64,000 bases of DNA from Rhynchobatus australiae (GCA_034780895.1 JAUZTB010000107.1:32645258-32709257); one strand, 5' to 3'. Positions 50,900 through 64,000 are shown, numbered from the stretch's first letter. Notes: generated by a model from the letters alone, not told the origin. Numbers and translations are program-made.

Positions 50900-51640
50900 T
50901 CTAACAATGTAATTATGTAACATCCCTTTTGTAAAAAAAAGACATTGATGTAGTGCTTTTGCATCACACTTTTGAAATAAAACTTGAAACCAAGCCACAT
51001 AAGATATTTGAGCAGATGACCAAAATTATTGTCAAAGAAATTTAAAGCAGTGACTTTAATGTATGATTGACATTGCTGGAGTGATTAAGTTGATCAAGGG
51101 GTGAGAAATGGAGAATGGTCAATAATGGAGAGTTGTAAATGGGAGGGGACTGAAGAACATGAGAGGATGGTGACAAGAGATGGGCCTTGGGGAAGGCTGA
51201 GGCCTTGGAAGGATTTGAAGAAAAGCGCAAGAACTCATCAATGTCTGAAAGTGAAAGTAAAATAATGGAAGAAAGGAACTTGTGCTAAATTGGGATGGCT
51301 GTAAGATTATTGGGGCAGTAAGTGGAGAATGGCCAACACTGCAGTCTGAAATAGACAAAGCTGCAGATACCAAATGTATGAGTGAAGGTTTCCCTTGTAA
51401 ATGAATGTGGGCAGGGTGCAGATGAGTGATGATAACCAACTGTGGATTCTTAATTACTTAATATTGATGTGTGGTCTGAAACTCATTTTGGGCCAAATAG
51501 GGCAATGAGTCTTGCACAGTCGACAAGAAGCGCAAAGGAATTGATGTCTTGTGATGGGATTAAACATTTGCTTTGGTTTCCCAGTAATTACTTGGAAGAC
51601 ATTTCTGCTTGCCCCATACTGGATTATCAGACGAATAGTG
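50900..51640 (-). mobile_element. L2-like LINE 3' part, decayed
   Basis: accaagccacataagatatttgagcagatgaccaaaattattgtcaaaga is the antisense counterpart of the 685-987 tail (cctaatatctcgtaatgtggctta). Confidence 0.55.
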
Positions 51641-52559
51641 ACACTTTTAAGGATAATGTGAATAATTTAAAATTTTAAAATATTTTAAGTATCTAAGGTG
51701 ATAAAGGAATGGTCCAGGCTTTGATATTCTACAGATGATTTTCATTGCTTTGTTTCTCGAGAAAGGGCTTCCTGTCAGGAAATATCTCAGACTCAGCAGT
51801 GACACAGCAATGATGAGGAATGTTTGATAGAGCAATACATGTCAATTTAAAATTTATATACTCCTCTTGTAAATGTTGGACAACACCTGAGTTGTTTAAT
51901 TTCGGGGAGAGAGGTATTTATGGGAATGGAAAAAAGCCAGTGTTTTGTAATTGTTTTTAAACTGATAATTGTTTTGGAAACTATATCCTAAAGTGCAAAA
52001 TTTTTTTTCTTGTTTGATATCAAGGGGTAAAGTGTGGAAGATCTATACAGCATAAGCTGAGTGATTTGCAATTACTAGAAAATTTTCAAGTGATATTACT
52101 CTATTGAAACTACCTCTGCTTAGTGGGTTGCAAACTGCAACTTTGGCAATAAAAATGGATTAGCTGTGCAATAAATAAATATTCACAGGTCATTACCTTG
52201 GATTTCATTAACTCATGACCTTGCTGTCAGAAGGTATTCTTGAAGGAGTTGAGGAACTAAGAAACTTGTGCAACTAAGTTCTAAGAATGTAAAACATTTT
52301 CTGCTGATTGAGGTTGTTTTAATGTGAGGGGGTTGCCGCTGAACATAATTTTCAGAATGCGGACTCTTTTAGTTCACTACAATGTTCAATAAAAATGTGA
52401 AGGAAATCTTCATCACAGATAGCAATATTCTGTTATTGGATGGAATGGATGTTTGGTAAAACAACCACCAAAATGAGACCATAAATATTAAATATTTCAT
52501 TGTTTTAGCCAAAACTGTACGAGGCAATGAAAATATTATGCTGCCTGCCATTTAAAACA

Positions 52560-53070
52560 GAAACGTTTTGAAACTTCCTGTCTCTGGTCAGTAATGTTTA
52601 TTTGCTGGACAGAATGATCAGTGTTGAAGTCCTTGAAACTACAGACAAATGTTATCCAGGAAATGCTGCTGAAAAGTCAATAGAGATCTTGACACTCCGT
52701 CAGAATGGAAGATAAAAAGGTTCTTTTTCAGGGAGCAGAAGCAAAGTATAAGAAAGAAGAGTCATTTTATATAAGTGCTTCAAAGGAAGAGTAACTTTCA
52801 ATGAGTTGGTACCAATCCCAAGGATCTTGTGCAACTAGCTCTGGACAGGTTTCATTGGCAATGCTGGACAGGGTTCATTGGCAATGCTTGACAAGGTTAG
52901 CATGCATTAGCTTCAACTTAGATGGACAAAATCATGTCCAGTCTGTAGGTGCAAGTCAGCACAGAGCTGCAGCATCAAACATTCTGGATACAGACTTCCC
53001 ATGCCCACAGAGTGGCCAGCTCTGTTCATTAGGGTTTAGAACTACGAGTTGTAGGCAGAGCCACAGGTGA
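52560..53070 (+). mobile_element. RTE-clade LINE 3' fragment, decayed
   Basis: Collinear remnants ISVEVLE, *HSVRMED, KCFKG, QLALDRFHW and FPCPQSGQLC match the RTE C-terminal order TN.EVL / GHV.RMED / KR.KD / LA.DR..W / F.C..CG..C. Confidence 0.6.
52841..52898. repeat. 23-bp tandem repeat, about 2.5 copies
   Basis: ctggacaggtttcattggcaatg ctggacagggttcattggcaatg cttgacaaggtt. Confidence 0.9.
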
Positions 53071-53106
53071 AATTTGTGACAATGTCATTATCATTTCAGG
53101 GACATG

Positions 53107-53300
53107 TTACCAAGGTAACATAGAATTTACAGCACATTAACAGGCCAGCTGGCCCAACTTATCCATGTAATTGCTATACATGTCCCTCCTTCCATTATAC
53201 TTCATCGAAACAAATCAACATTTATTTTCCTTTTCTCCCTCACATGTTGACTTGGCCTTTCCTCAAATGCATGTGATACAAATGTTTGCGTTTTGTCACA
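53107..53300 (-). mobile_element. CR1 3' tail remnant
   Basis: catagaatttacagcacattaacaggccagctggcccaacttatccatg resembles the antisense CR1 tail seen at 8208 and 37143. Confidence 0.55.
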
Positions 53301-53924
53301 TGCTTATGAGTATGGTGTTGGTGGTAGAGAATGAATGGTGCTTTCCCTTAGCACATTGGCAGTTGGCTGGATATTTTTTTTTACTTTAGAGTACAGATTT
53401 GTTTTAATTTAATATCTGATCCAGGATATTTGTGACATCAATAAGCAAGTAAGGATCTGTGTGAATCTTCTGCCAATCAGATTGCAGAATTTGTATTGAG
53501 CCAAGCTTAGCTTAAACAAGGATTTGCATTGTATGCTGAAAGCAAAATAGAGATTTTGAAAGGCGCATGTGATTCAGAGAGAAATGAAATTGACAGAAAA
53601 AGTAAATTAAAGGATCACAAAAATTAAAAGTCGAGAACTGCTAAGAGAATGATGCACTGCTGTTATAAAATGACACTTTCAGTGCCAGAGAAGTTATTGG
53701 GCTGTAATTATCATTCACCACATTATATAAAAATTCATTCACTCATGAATGCATGAACTCTCAGTGTCTTTAGTGGAGATCTACAAAGGACCTAAACATT
53801 GTGCCATTCCATTCATTTAGTTGCTAACCCTAACGTTAAGGGCTGTTGAACTGATTCTGTACATCAATGGACTTTCTCTGACAGCAACTGCCCATGTGGG
53901 GACTCCAAACTGGTCTGGTTTAAA

Positions 53925-54501
53925 ATTTGCAGGCTGCGGGTTTTCGAGGAGGGTGTGGCGGAAGATGCAAGAGTCCTCATCACGGTTCATCCCCAGCAGC
54001 TGCGTAACAGAGGATTTTCTGATCTATGAGCTGTTCCTGGGGACACACACAGAGACGGACATCAACTGCTGCTAGAAGGTCATCAACTTGGTGAAAGATG
54101 CCCTTTGGTCTGCCTGAAGCTTGTAGGTCTTCCAGCACTATGAGATGTCCTTAGGGGATGCTGCCAACTGGCACATTCCAGGCTGCAGGAGTATGTGCTG
54201 AGGGGCACACTGAGGCTAGGTGCAGCCAACGCAACGGCTCAGTGGGGAAGGACTACAGTTTAGGGTTCTTCTGCCCCTGGAGAGGGAGGGGTGGGGTCAG
54301 GCAAGAAAGTCCATAAATATTGTAAATACAGGACTGGGTAGCCCCCAGGGAGCCACATATGTGGCATCAGTGCTGTTTTTTTATATATAAAAAGGTAACA
54401 CTAATGAATGATCTGTACAAGAATGTAAAGGCTTGAACTGTTTTATAATTGTATTTAGTTTGTCTTTTATTATTAATAAAGTTTATTTTGGAATAAAAAA
54501 A
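53925..54501 (+). mobile_element. Tx1/L1-clade LINE 3' end with 3' UTR and poly(A)
   Basis: CGFSRRVWRKMQ..SRFIPSSCVTEDFLIYELFLGTHTETDINCC*KVINLVKDALWSA...RLQEYVLRG.LRLGAANA...WG; ends aataaagtttattttggaataaaaaaa. Confidence 0.8.
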
Positions 54502-56714
54502 ATGTTATAACAGCAAGTAAAGAGCACTCCTTGGACAAAATCTGGGTCAGTGTTATTTTTCTNNNNNNNNNNNNNNNNNNNNNNNNNNNNNNNNNNNNNN
54601 NNNNNNNNNNNNNNNNNNNNNNNNNNNNNNNNNNNNNNNNNNNNNNNNNNNNNNNNNNNNNNTATTCTATTTAACATATACAACTAAAGTATGGGAGAAA
54701 CAATTTGGTGTAATGATTTGGAGGTTCTGAATATAAGCATTTTACTTGCAAGGTACTTGCATTGATTTTGAACATTGTTCAAGATGTAGCTGGAATAATT
54801 TATCTGCACTAGAATGAAATAGATTCCAAAAATAAATGAATTGTCAACTGCTAGCTTTGAGACATTATGTGCACAACCACAATGCCATTTACAAGCATTT
54901 ACACCAGGACTGTAAATAGTGTGTATGTATTTTAATGCACCATTTCTCTAAACCGATCCTGTGCCTGTTTCCTATAAAGTCTTTCATAAATACGTGCTGT
55001 GTAAACTTGTGTCTCATCCTGAGAAATCTGCGTTTCCTGTACCTTTACGAGTCAATTAACTTATTAGTTGCTGTAGAAGATGAATGTTCCCCTGCGGAAT
55101 CAGGGAATCTGACAACCATGATTGATACCTGAGTGATCTCACTTTAAAGCTCCGTTCCTTCTATGATTCTTTGTCATAGTTAATGAGAAATTTGATAGCT
55201 CAGCATCATCTTGATTTATGTAGCTCACATGATTTATATTAGATTTGATTTGTTAACAGAATGATAAAGGCTTGAGACAAGGAAGGGTCAAAGACATGTC
55301 AGTGAGGTTTACTGTGTATTGCATATTTCAAAATAAAGACAGAAATGACAATTGGATTTCATGGATTCCGATGATCCTTCACACATTGGTGAATCTGTCC
55401 AGCAGCAGAGGCCCATATAATTAAAAAGGATGGCTAGTACAGTAAATGGTTCTAAACTTGGCTCGCCTAACAACATCCATCCCAAACGTATGACAGATAT
55501 GATGGATGTGGACAAATTGAGAAATAAATAACTTGGATATTGACAGTTTGGCAGGGAAAATTCTGAAAGTGAATTTTTTTAACCTCCTTTTATTAGAGTT
55601 TGCAAAATGACCCATGTTCTGCTCATTAGAGTATTATACAATATATTTACCATACATAATTATGTAGATTTCAGAGTTGTGTACTTTCATATTTTCCACT
55701 GTGTGTAATAGTCATAAGATGAAGAAAGCAGGATGGATATTTTGAATCATTCTATGATTAAAATGGCATGAATTTACAAATGGAAAACAACTGTTGGTGA
55801 GAACTATCTCATTCCACTCAAAACAGCAACATCTCTCTTGACCAAAGAAGAAAAATACAACATGAAGGAAAGCACTGAGTTCCTAATATTGCTTCAGGAT
55901 GGAAAAGAGAGGCCATCCAAACACTGTACAACTGAAGTATGAAATGAAACTTTCTATACATTGTGCAGTTTTTGGGTGCAAAGTATGTATAATAAATATC
56001 TTGTTAAATCAACAATGTAGGTTCCTAAAAATGGACCACTGAAACGCATTTAGCAGGCCAAACATCAATTGCAAGACCTGACTTCAGATATTTATTTGCT
56101 TGACCATGGTAAGCAAAAAATATGGACAGGACTGACGTACCTCAGTGGGAATAATGATTTTACAGGAAATCTTTGAGCCCAAAATGCCACATCCATTGCA
56201 GGAATGTTGAAAATACACTCAAGTTATCAACTGCTTACTATTTTTCCATGAGACTGCTGGAAATTGGCTGACACAAAATTGGCAACCAGATACTCCTGCA
56301 GCTGTATTTTCCTTCTGCCTGTGCTTATTGGGAATGGGAATATTAGTCTGTATTTATTATAATGTGGCTTAGTTCCTGTTTTTATGTATAGGAGTTTCCA
56401 CTCGAATAAGAGGAATCGGGTTCATCCAAAATGAGTCAGACGAGCAAATGATTCATCAGATGTAGTTTTGGTAGTTCTGCATCCAGTCCATTTAGTTTTT
56501 TCTATAATCTGCCTTTTTGTAAAGCATATTTAACATTTTTGTAGTTTAACTCTATTTGTGTGAATAAAAGCTGTTTATTAGAATGATGTTTCAGACTTGT
56601 TTTGATTATGGCCAAGTTGGTAGTCGGAGTATACAACAATCTTATCCTGTTGACGTGGCACTCCACACGATGCCAGGTTATTATGTGCTGTTAACGTCTT
56701 CAGTCCCAGCTGTA

Positions 56715-56890
56715 CACCCCTCTATCTTGGCTACTTAGTAGCCAAGGGGTGCATGGTTGAGGGCAACCAGGATACCGGAGCCATTCATTGTCTTTGTCTT
56801 CTGCCAAAACCACTCAATCCTAAATTAGCCAGGAGGATAGACAGACTTAAGAGCCTGCAAGTCTGTCTATCCTCCTGGGAAAAGACAAAG
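56715..56890. other. Cluster of adjacent perfect hairpins
   Basis: cttggctact-t-agtagccaag (56726-56746), tggttg-aggg-caacca (56754-56769), and a 20-bp stem ccaggaggatagacagactt / aagtctgtctatcctcctgg (56829-56878). Confidence 0.9.
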
Positions 56891-57906
56891 GAAGAAAGAC
56901 AGATAATAACATTACTCCGCATGATTTTGGATGAGTTTAATTTACAGTGGATGGGAGGGTGGCTCAAGGGGGGACGTGGGGGAGAGGCATAAGATCTTGC
57001 ATTCCTCTCTCCCTCTCTCNNNNNNNNNNNNNNNNNNNNNNNNNNNNNNNNNNNNNNNNNNNNNNNNNNNNNNNNNNNNNNNNNNNNNNNNNNNNNNNNN
57101 NNNNNNNNNNNNNNNNNNNNNNNNNNNNNNNNNNNNNNNNNNNNNNNNNNNNNNNNNNNNNNNNNNNNNNNNNNNNNNNNNNNNNNNNNNNNNNNNNNNN
57201 NNNNNNNNNNNNNNNNNNNNNNNNNNNNNNNNNNNNNNNNNNNNNNNNNNNNNNNNNNNNNNNNNNNNNNNNNNNNNNNNNNNNNNNNNNNNNNNNNNNN
57301 NNNNNNNNNNNNNNNNNNNNNNNNNNNNNNNNNNNNNNNNNNNNNNNNNNNNNNNNNNNNNNNNNNNNNNNNNNNNNNNNNNNNNNNNNNNNNNNNNNNN
57401 NNNNNNNNNNNNNNNNNNNNNNNNNNNNNNNNNNNNNNNNNNNNNNNNNNNNNNNNNNNNNNNNNNNNNNNNNNNNNNNNNNNNNNNNNNNNNNNNNNNN
57501 NNNNNNNNNNNNNNNNNNNNNNNNNNNNNNNNNNNNNNNNNNNNNNNNNNNNNNNNNNNNNNNNNNNNNNNNNNNNNNNNNNNNNNNNNNNNNNNNNNNN
57601 NNNNNNNNNNNNNNNNNNNNNNNNNNNNNNNNNNNNNNNNNNNNNNNNNNNNNNNNNNNNNNNNNNNNNNNNNNNNNNNNNNNNNNNNNNNNNNNNNNNC
57701 TGTGTAATGAATTGACCTGTATGATCGGTTTGTAAGACAAGCTTTTCACTGTACCTCAGTACAAGTGACAATAATATACCAATACCTATCTTTGTCATAT
57801 TCAAATTTAATTATTTCAGTGCAGTTGAGGCACCGTCCCATCCACTGTAAATTAAACTCATCCAAAATCTTGAACAGAGTAATGTTATTATTTCTTCCTT
57901 TGTCTT
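56882..57906. repeat. ~85-bp inverted repeat pair bracketing an N gap and a LINE tail
   Basis: 56882-56967 against 57825-57906; shared core gattttggatgagtttaatttacagtggatggga is identical in reverse complement. Confidence 0.9.
57700..57786 (+). mobile_element. Rex1/Babar-type LINE 3' tail
   Basis: ctgtgtaatgaattgacctgtatgatc...gacaagcttttcactgtacctcagtacaagtgacaataatataccaatacc is the reverse complement of 45380-45470. Confidence 0.85.
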
Positions 57907-59829
57907 CTGCTAGATTCTCTTTGGTTTTAGGGTTCAGCTTACACTGATGTGAGTGATATCTTGGAAAGTTTATTGAGTGCCACTTCAGTGTTTTTACATA
58001 TATATATATATATATGCATTGGAAGACATCTACTGTTTTAAAGTTGGCTTGAGCCACACTTTAATAGTCACATGATCTGTATCAATTTGTCTATTTTTAT
58101 ATGTACTGAAACAGAAACCATGCCAGACTTGCCTATTAAAGTAGGTGCAAATGTTGTTGAGCACAGATAGGCAATAAATCTATTTGTAGAACAACTGTTA
58201 CAAACATTTCTGACCATTGGCAAGCCCTCCTGCCTCACACTAATGCAGAAAAGAAACACCAATCCTGAATTCTGTCTCACAACAACACAATTCAATTAGT
58301 AACATACCACAAGGATTACAACAGATGCAAAACTTTCCCTATCATTTTCTGGCACAAAGCATGGTTTAAATGGGCATGCACAAAACTTTCTTTTCAACCG
58401 TAAAGAAGTATTCATCGTGATTTGAATATACAAAACCAAAACTATAGCTTCAGTGATTTAAATTAGTGACTGAAATTCAGATGCTGCTTAAAAAGCATAC
58501 AAAAATTTCTTTCAATTTTGAACTTCCTTTTGATTAACTGTCTATTGGAGGTTCAAAATCAATCCATTTTATTCTGTGAAGGTTAAATAAAGGTTACACA
58601 AGCATTTTCTTCTGAATTTAAGTGTAGCTCCCTCTAGTGTATTTTTTTAAAGTTCACTGGTGAAAATATGCTTTGGTGGTTCAGTTGTACTCCAAATAAT
58701 AGAGATAATAATGTATTTAAACATATAAATATATTTGCATTGCCTGCAGATGAAACAAAAAAAATTGAAAATATAACTATTATAACTAATAAATGAATGA
58801 TATGCAGTACTATTGGCAGTGAAATGACCTAGTGCACCAAATTGTGCTGTAGTTGAAGTGAGTTTTCAGAATCAGTCATTCAGAAACATTTTTGTCATTT
58901 TGTTTTATTCCATTTTACTTTTGTTTTCCTCTAACACTAGCAATTGTGATAGAAAAAATCTATTTGCATATTAGAGTGTTAGCAGAGTTTTTTCTGCAAC
59001 AAGATAATATTCATTTCATCTTCACAACATTTTTCAGATAAAAGCACTTCCTTTTTGCCTAAATTCCTGAGCCCTTGATCTTATTTCAGTCTTGGTCCAG
59101 AAATGGCCAAAAGAGTTGAATCCAAAGGTGGGATGAGAGTGATTTGCCCTTGGCATCAAAAAATGTGGTATTCCCTTCATTACCACATCAGCTAATATAA
59201 TAAAAAAAATATCTGTAATGAATACAGACATAGTACTGAGTTTGCCTGCTATAAAATGCATTGGAACAATTCACTGATGTGTTTGTAGTTCATAGTTGTG
59301 ATCTCTACCACTGAGATCAACGTGGCCAGAAAGTGCACAGGAATATCAGTCATTGCAAGATCCCTTTCAAGTTGCACACAATCCTGACCTGGTTACGTAT
59401 CACTTTTCCTCCTCCATTTCTGAGTCTGTATCTTGGAACTCTACCCAGCACCACTGAGGGAGATTTCCAGATGGTAGCTTAGCACCCATTTCAAAGCCAT
59501 CAGCAAATTTTAATATTCTTCTTCAACATTTGAGCAAATCATTAAAGAAAATGGAAAATAAAAATCTTGGTACATATACCTAGGGCATGTCACTGACCAC
59601 AGTCTGCCAATCTTTTAAGCATCTTTGTATAATTTCTAATTTGTTCCTGTTATCTGTTCACCTGTTTTTGTAACAACTTGCTTCAGTGCAGATCTGCTGT
59701 TTATAGTCGGTGATCCAGTACATTAAGAAGAGGGCTGAATGTATTAACGTTCTAACAACCATCACATTCCCTTTATCAATATTGACTATCCCAATCAATT
59801 CCATCATTACTACTGTTTAGTCTTTAAAT

Positions 59830-62344
59830 TATTTCAATAATTCTGTTAAACGATGACCGGGCATTTGATCGTGAAAGAACTGGATTGTGAAATGACCAGG
59901 ACTGAGAACTCAGTATTTCAGGATATTCAGTGTTCCAAAAGAATAGGCAAGAAGGGAAAGGAGGAGAGATGGTGTTGTTAATCAAGGAAGGTATCAGTGC
60001 CTTGGTGAGTAGTGATGCAGTGAATCAGTTTGGGTGGAAATAATAAATAGCAGGGGAGTGAAGACGTGGGTGGGAACAGTTTATAGCCCCTGAAAGTATG
60101 CCTCTCAACAGGACAAAGCATAAATGGGCAAATGTTGAAGGCATGTAAGAAGGGAACTGCAATTATCATGGGTGATTTCAATCTTTTCCACAAATCTATA
60201 GTGACAGTGAAATTTGTGGAGTGCATCAGGAATAGTTTATTAGAACAGTACATTACAAAACCTAACTAGGAACAGGGTAGATTTTAGATTTGATCATGTG
60301 TAATTTGGTAGGATTAGAAGTGATTTCTGTGGTTAAGGAACTCCAGGAGGTTATGATCACAACACGATAGAATTCCAGGCAAGTTTGAGGGTGAACATCC
60401 CTGGTCTAGAACCAGTGTCGTCAATCTAAATAAGGGCAATTATAAAGGCTGAAGTTGTCGACAGTACCCTAGGCAAATAGGTTAAGTGATAGGTGAGTAG
60501 ATGAATTGTGGTTGATATTTAAGCAACTATTTCATTATGCCAAACAAATTGTCCCAATTAAGAAAGGGATTCCATTAGAAAGATATTAACCACCTATGGT
60601 TAATAAAAGAGGTAATGGAAAATATTAAATCAAAAACTAAAGATAGCAAAGTGGCAAGGGCTGGTGACAGATCAAAAGACAGGAATTTTCAGGAACCAGC
60701 AGTGAGAGATTAAAAAACTAATGTGAAGGGAGCAAATTGATTACGAGTGAAAAGTGGCTAATATCAAAACAACCAGCAAGAGGTTCTATTGAGATATATA
60801 AATAAAATTGGGTAGTTAGGATAAGTGTGGGATCCCTGGAGGTTGAGATTAGGGAATTAATAATAGGAAACCAGGAATGACAGATAAGTTAAACTAATAC
60901 TTTGAAGCATCCTCCAATGTGAACACTCATGCAAGTATCCCAAAGAAATCAAATAAGTTTGTTTCAATTAGTATCGACGAATTTATAACAGAGCGTATCA
61001 TGATGGACAAGGTATTGGAAAAGCTGATGGGACTAAAGGCAGACGAGTCATCAAGAACTGATGGCCTGCACCCAGAGATTTTTGAAAAAGTGGCTGCAGG
61101 AGTAGTGGAGGCATTGGTTGTAGTTTTGCAAAACTTCAAGTTCAGGGGAGGTGCCAATGGATTGGAAAACTACAAAAGTGACTCTATTTTTCAAGAAGAG
61201 AGGGAAACAAAAAGAGAGAAACCATAGTCCTGTTAGTTTAACAGCCGTTGTTGGCAAGGAGTCTATAATCAAAGAAGAAACAGCTCGTCATTTAGAAAAG
61301 CTTAATGTAATCAAACCAAGCCAGCAAAGTTTCATTAAAAAGTAAATCATGTTTGACAAATTTGATGGAGTTCAAGAATGTAACAAGAGAGTCAACAGAA
61401 GGGAACCAGTGGATGTAGTATATTTGGATTTCCAGAAGACATTTGATACAGTGCCAAGTAATAGATGAGTGCATATGAAATATTTTGTGGTATTAGGAAA
61501 GTTTGCTAGCATAGATTGAAGACTGGTTATCACATACAAGGTGGAGAGTCAGAATAAATGTGTCTTCATGCTGGAAGGATACAACTCGTGGAGTGTCACA
61601 GGGATCAGTTCTTGGACCTCCATTATTTATGGTTTATATTTTTGACATGGAGGAGGTAGCAGAGAATAAGGTATCTGTTTGCTGTTGACATTAAAATAGG
61701 TGAGAGAGTATGTTGCCAAAAGGATATTTGGACTCTGGAACAGGATATGGAAAGGGTGAGTGAATGGGTGAAAATTTGGCAAATGGAGTTTAATGTGGGA
61801 AAATGTGATGTCATACACTTCGGAAGGAGGAATATAAAGGTAGACAGTTATCTAAATGGGTAGATATGGCAGATGAGTGAAGTACAGAGGGATCTAGATG
61901 TTGTTCTGCATCAATCTCAAAATGACAAATGCAGCAACTAGTTAGGAAGGCAAATGACATATTGGTCTTTATCGCGAGGGGATTGGAGTTCAAAAGTAAA
62001 GAAATGTTGTTTCAGTTGTACAGGGTACTGCTGATGCTGCACCTGGGCTACGTTATACTGAGATGCATAAGAATCTCCTCTAGCAGAGGGCAGTGAGTCG
62101 CTGGAATTCTCAATCCCTGAGGTTTGAGGAGGCTAGTTTACAGGAGGCATGTTTACAGGAGGCATTTAAGGAGATGGTAGATAAATTTTTGAGAGAACAG
62201 GGAATTGAGGGCTGTGTGGAACTGGCACAGGAGAGGAGTTGAGGCGGGTCATCCATGATATTAAATGGAAGGTCATGCTTTGGGGTTGAGGTGGGGGAAA
62301 GGGCAGGTGGCCTACCCTTGCTCCTACTTTCTTGTATTCTTGTG
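59830..62344 (+). mobile_element. Long CR1 ORF2 copy (APE endonuclease + RT + 3' UTR), dead
   Basis: GYSVFQKNRQEGKGG, IIMGDFN, LDLIMCN, DHNTIEF, LKADESSRTDGLHP, PMDWK, DVVYLDFQKTFD, SGVSQGSVLGP, FAVD (mutated FADD), WQMEFNVGKCDVIHFG; many stops and frameshifts; deletion near 62050-62080. Confidence 0.93.
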
Positions 62345-63454
62345 AACAATAAGACAGTTTTTTAGCATGTATCCATGCTACACCACATCAGATAACAATC
62401 AGGAGGAAAATAAGAGTTGGTAGCTTTAGAAAACAGTGACCCTTCAATCCCTGTACTGAGGATCCTGAAAGTAATATTCAGATTAATTTAAATTGACAAA
62501 GGTTCTTGATCAGTAGTTATTAGGAGCTCAGCATTATCCATTCATGTGATGTGTTATTGAGGGACCTAAGATTCATCAAATGAATAAATTGTTCCCTTTT
62601 ACAATACAACTTCCTGGGTAACATGGATTGGTTTTTGACAGTATCAAAATAAACATGATCTTGGGGTATAGTTTGTTTGAATTAACCAATGCAGCTCTTT
62701 GACTGAGCTTGAGAGGTGCAAGATTTGCTTCTCTGGACCTTACTGGAAAATCATTCAAACATTAGAATTATTTACCTGTGTAAGTTTCCTGTAAGACATG
62801 GAGTACTGTCTGCAGCTGCTTTCTCTGGATGCTCCCCCTTTTTATCTGCTTTTTCTACTGGTATCAAAGCTTTCTGTTTGCAAACAGAAGTATGGACAAT
62901 GTTATGTACTGAAATTTAAATTTCATCTGACCGGCCATTTCATTTTTTTTATTTAAAAAAAATTACTTTGGGTTTGTAGTCCAAGGACGTTGAAATCCTG
63001 CATTTCTATCTGTACAGATGCTTCATTCCCTAAATGGAGTTCTCCTCAGGAAAAACATCTGTGAGGTGACATCCAATATCTAATGAGCATAACACAGCTG
63101 GCGAAAGAAATCAGAGAAGATTGCTTCAGTTGCAGAATTTTTCTTATTTTTAAAAGAATTAAATCCACTGAGATAAGGGATTGTCATATGCATGAGTCTT
63201 CAGCAGTTTGCATACATAGCTTTGGGGTGAAGTCTTCTCAAAGGGTCAGAGTGCCAAAGGTATTTTGTATGTCCTGCAGTCTTGCCTGCATCATGTGCAC
63301 AGTCACACCTTTGACCACTAGTTCATCAGGCAGTGATCAGCAGGGAACATCCTGCAGATGTGTGGGAGAAGGACATGATGAATCCTATGGGGTGGCTCCC
63401 CAAGCATTATGATATGTTGTTTCTCTAGTTTGTATTTGGCCTCATTGTGGCAGT

Positions 63455-64000
63455 GAACAAGTTTGGAGATGGAGTTCCCTTGGTCATTACCTTTCACCCA
63501 CTTGTCTCTGCGTCCGGCAAATCATCCTTTCCCTTTTCTCCTAGCTCCAATGGGATCCCAACAACAGTCACATCTTTCTCTTTTCCCCTGCCTTCCCACA
63601 CCCTTTCTACCTTCTACACTCTCTGGTCTGCTCATCTCTTTCCCCTAAACCCAACTGCCGGAGGTGCAGCACTTCACCTTCTCCTTCACCATCATTTAGG
63701 AACCTAAATGGCTCTTCCAGGTAAGACCGAATTCATATGCACCTCCTCTAACCTCGTCCACTGCAATGTGATCATTCGGTGCTTGTGACGTGGCTTTCTC
63801 TACATTGGTAAGGCCAAGTGTAGACTTGGCAACTGTTTTGATGAGTACCACTCTTCAGTCTGCAGCAGCTCCTCTTGAGCTTTTGGCTGCAAGTCATTTT
63901 AATTCCCCTTCTTACTCCCACACCAACTTGTCTGTCCTTGGCCTTGCCCCTGCCACGGTGAGAATAAACACAAACTGGAAGAACAATACCTAGTATTCCA
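63455..64000 (+). mobile_element. Penelope-like element ORF C-terminus (GIY-YIG endonuclease), decayed; runs off the window
   Basis: DGVPLVITFHP...FQVR..FICTSSNLVHC...RC..RGFLYIGKAKCRLGNCFDEY...SHFNSPSYSHTNLSVLGL...KLEEQYLVF. Confidence 0.9.

Noticed and set aside
55250-55945. Purine-rich, coding-looking stretches
   Set aside because: Stops in all frames and no recognisable homology, so no exon or pseudogene call can be supported
56785-57804. Longest ORFs in the track (258-339 aa), and similar ones at 5867-6310 and 33867-34244
   Set aside because: They are open only because they run through N gaps
62136-62165. 15-bp tandem duplication gtttacaggaggcat x2; also microsatellites at ~28137 (TG), ~32010 (TTTG) and ~57997 (TA)
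   Set aside because: Ordinary slippage products
63019-63066. Possible 48-nt exon or short terminal exon after a good acceptor
   Set aside because: Weak donor and unrecognised peptides
1-64000. CRISPR arrays, operons, prokaryotic defence systems, rRNA or true tRNA genes
   Set aside because: The sequence is vertebrate and has no regularly spaced repeat-spacer array; the tRNA-like A/B boxes belong to SINE heads

Overview
This is eukaryotic, not microbial, DNA: AT-rich, CpG-poor, repeat-dense vertebrate sequence from a draft scaffold with many N gaps, several about 100 nt long. The repeat set is CR1 LINEs, V-SINEs with CR1-like tails, Deu-domain SINEs, Penelope elements with palindromic termini, and Rex1/Babar, L2, RTE and Tx1 LINEs. 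This set is typical of cartilaginous fishes, probably a batoid (inference from repeat recognition only). I found no intact protein-coding gene, RNA gene or CRISPR array; every recognisable peptide in the ORF track is a decayed retrotransposon fragment. The window reads as a large intron or intergenic region. The most notable structures are: Penelope termini carrying hammerhead-ribozyme cores (best at 43375-43408); a cluster of perfect hairpins beside a long inverted repeat (56715-57906); a nested palindrome (35884-36046); a solo LTR with an exact 4-bp TSD (11457-12203); several nested insertions; and a few weak candidate host exons. I see no convincing new multi-gene system. Repeat boundaries are by-eye estimates unless stated as exact.
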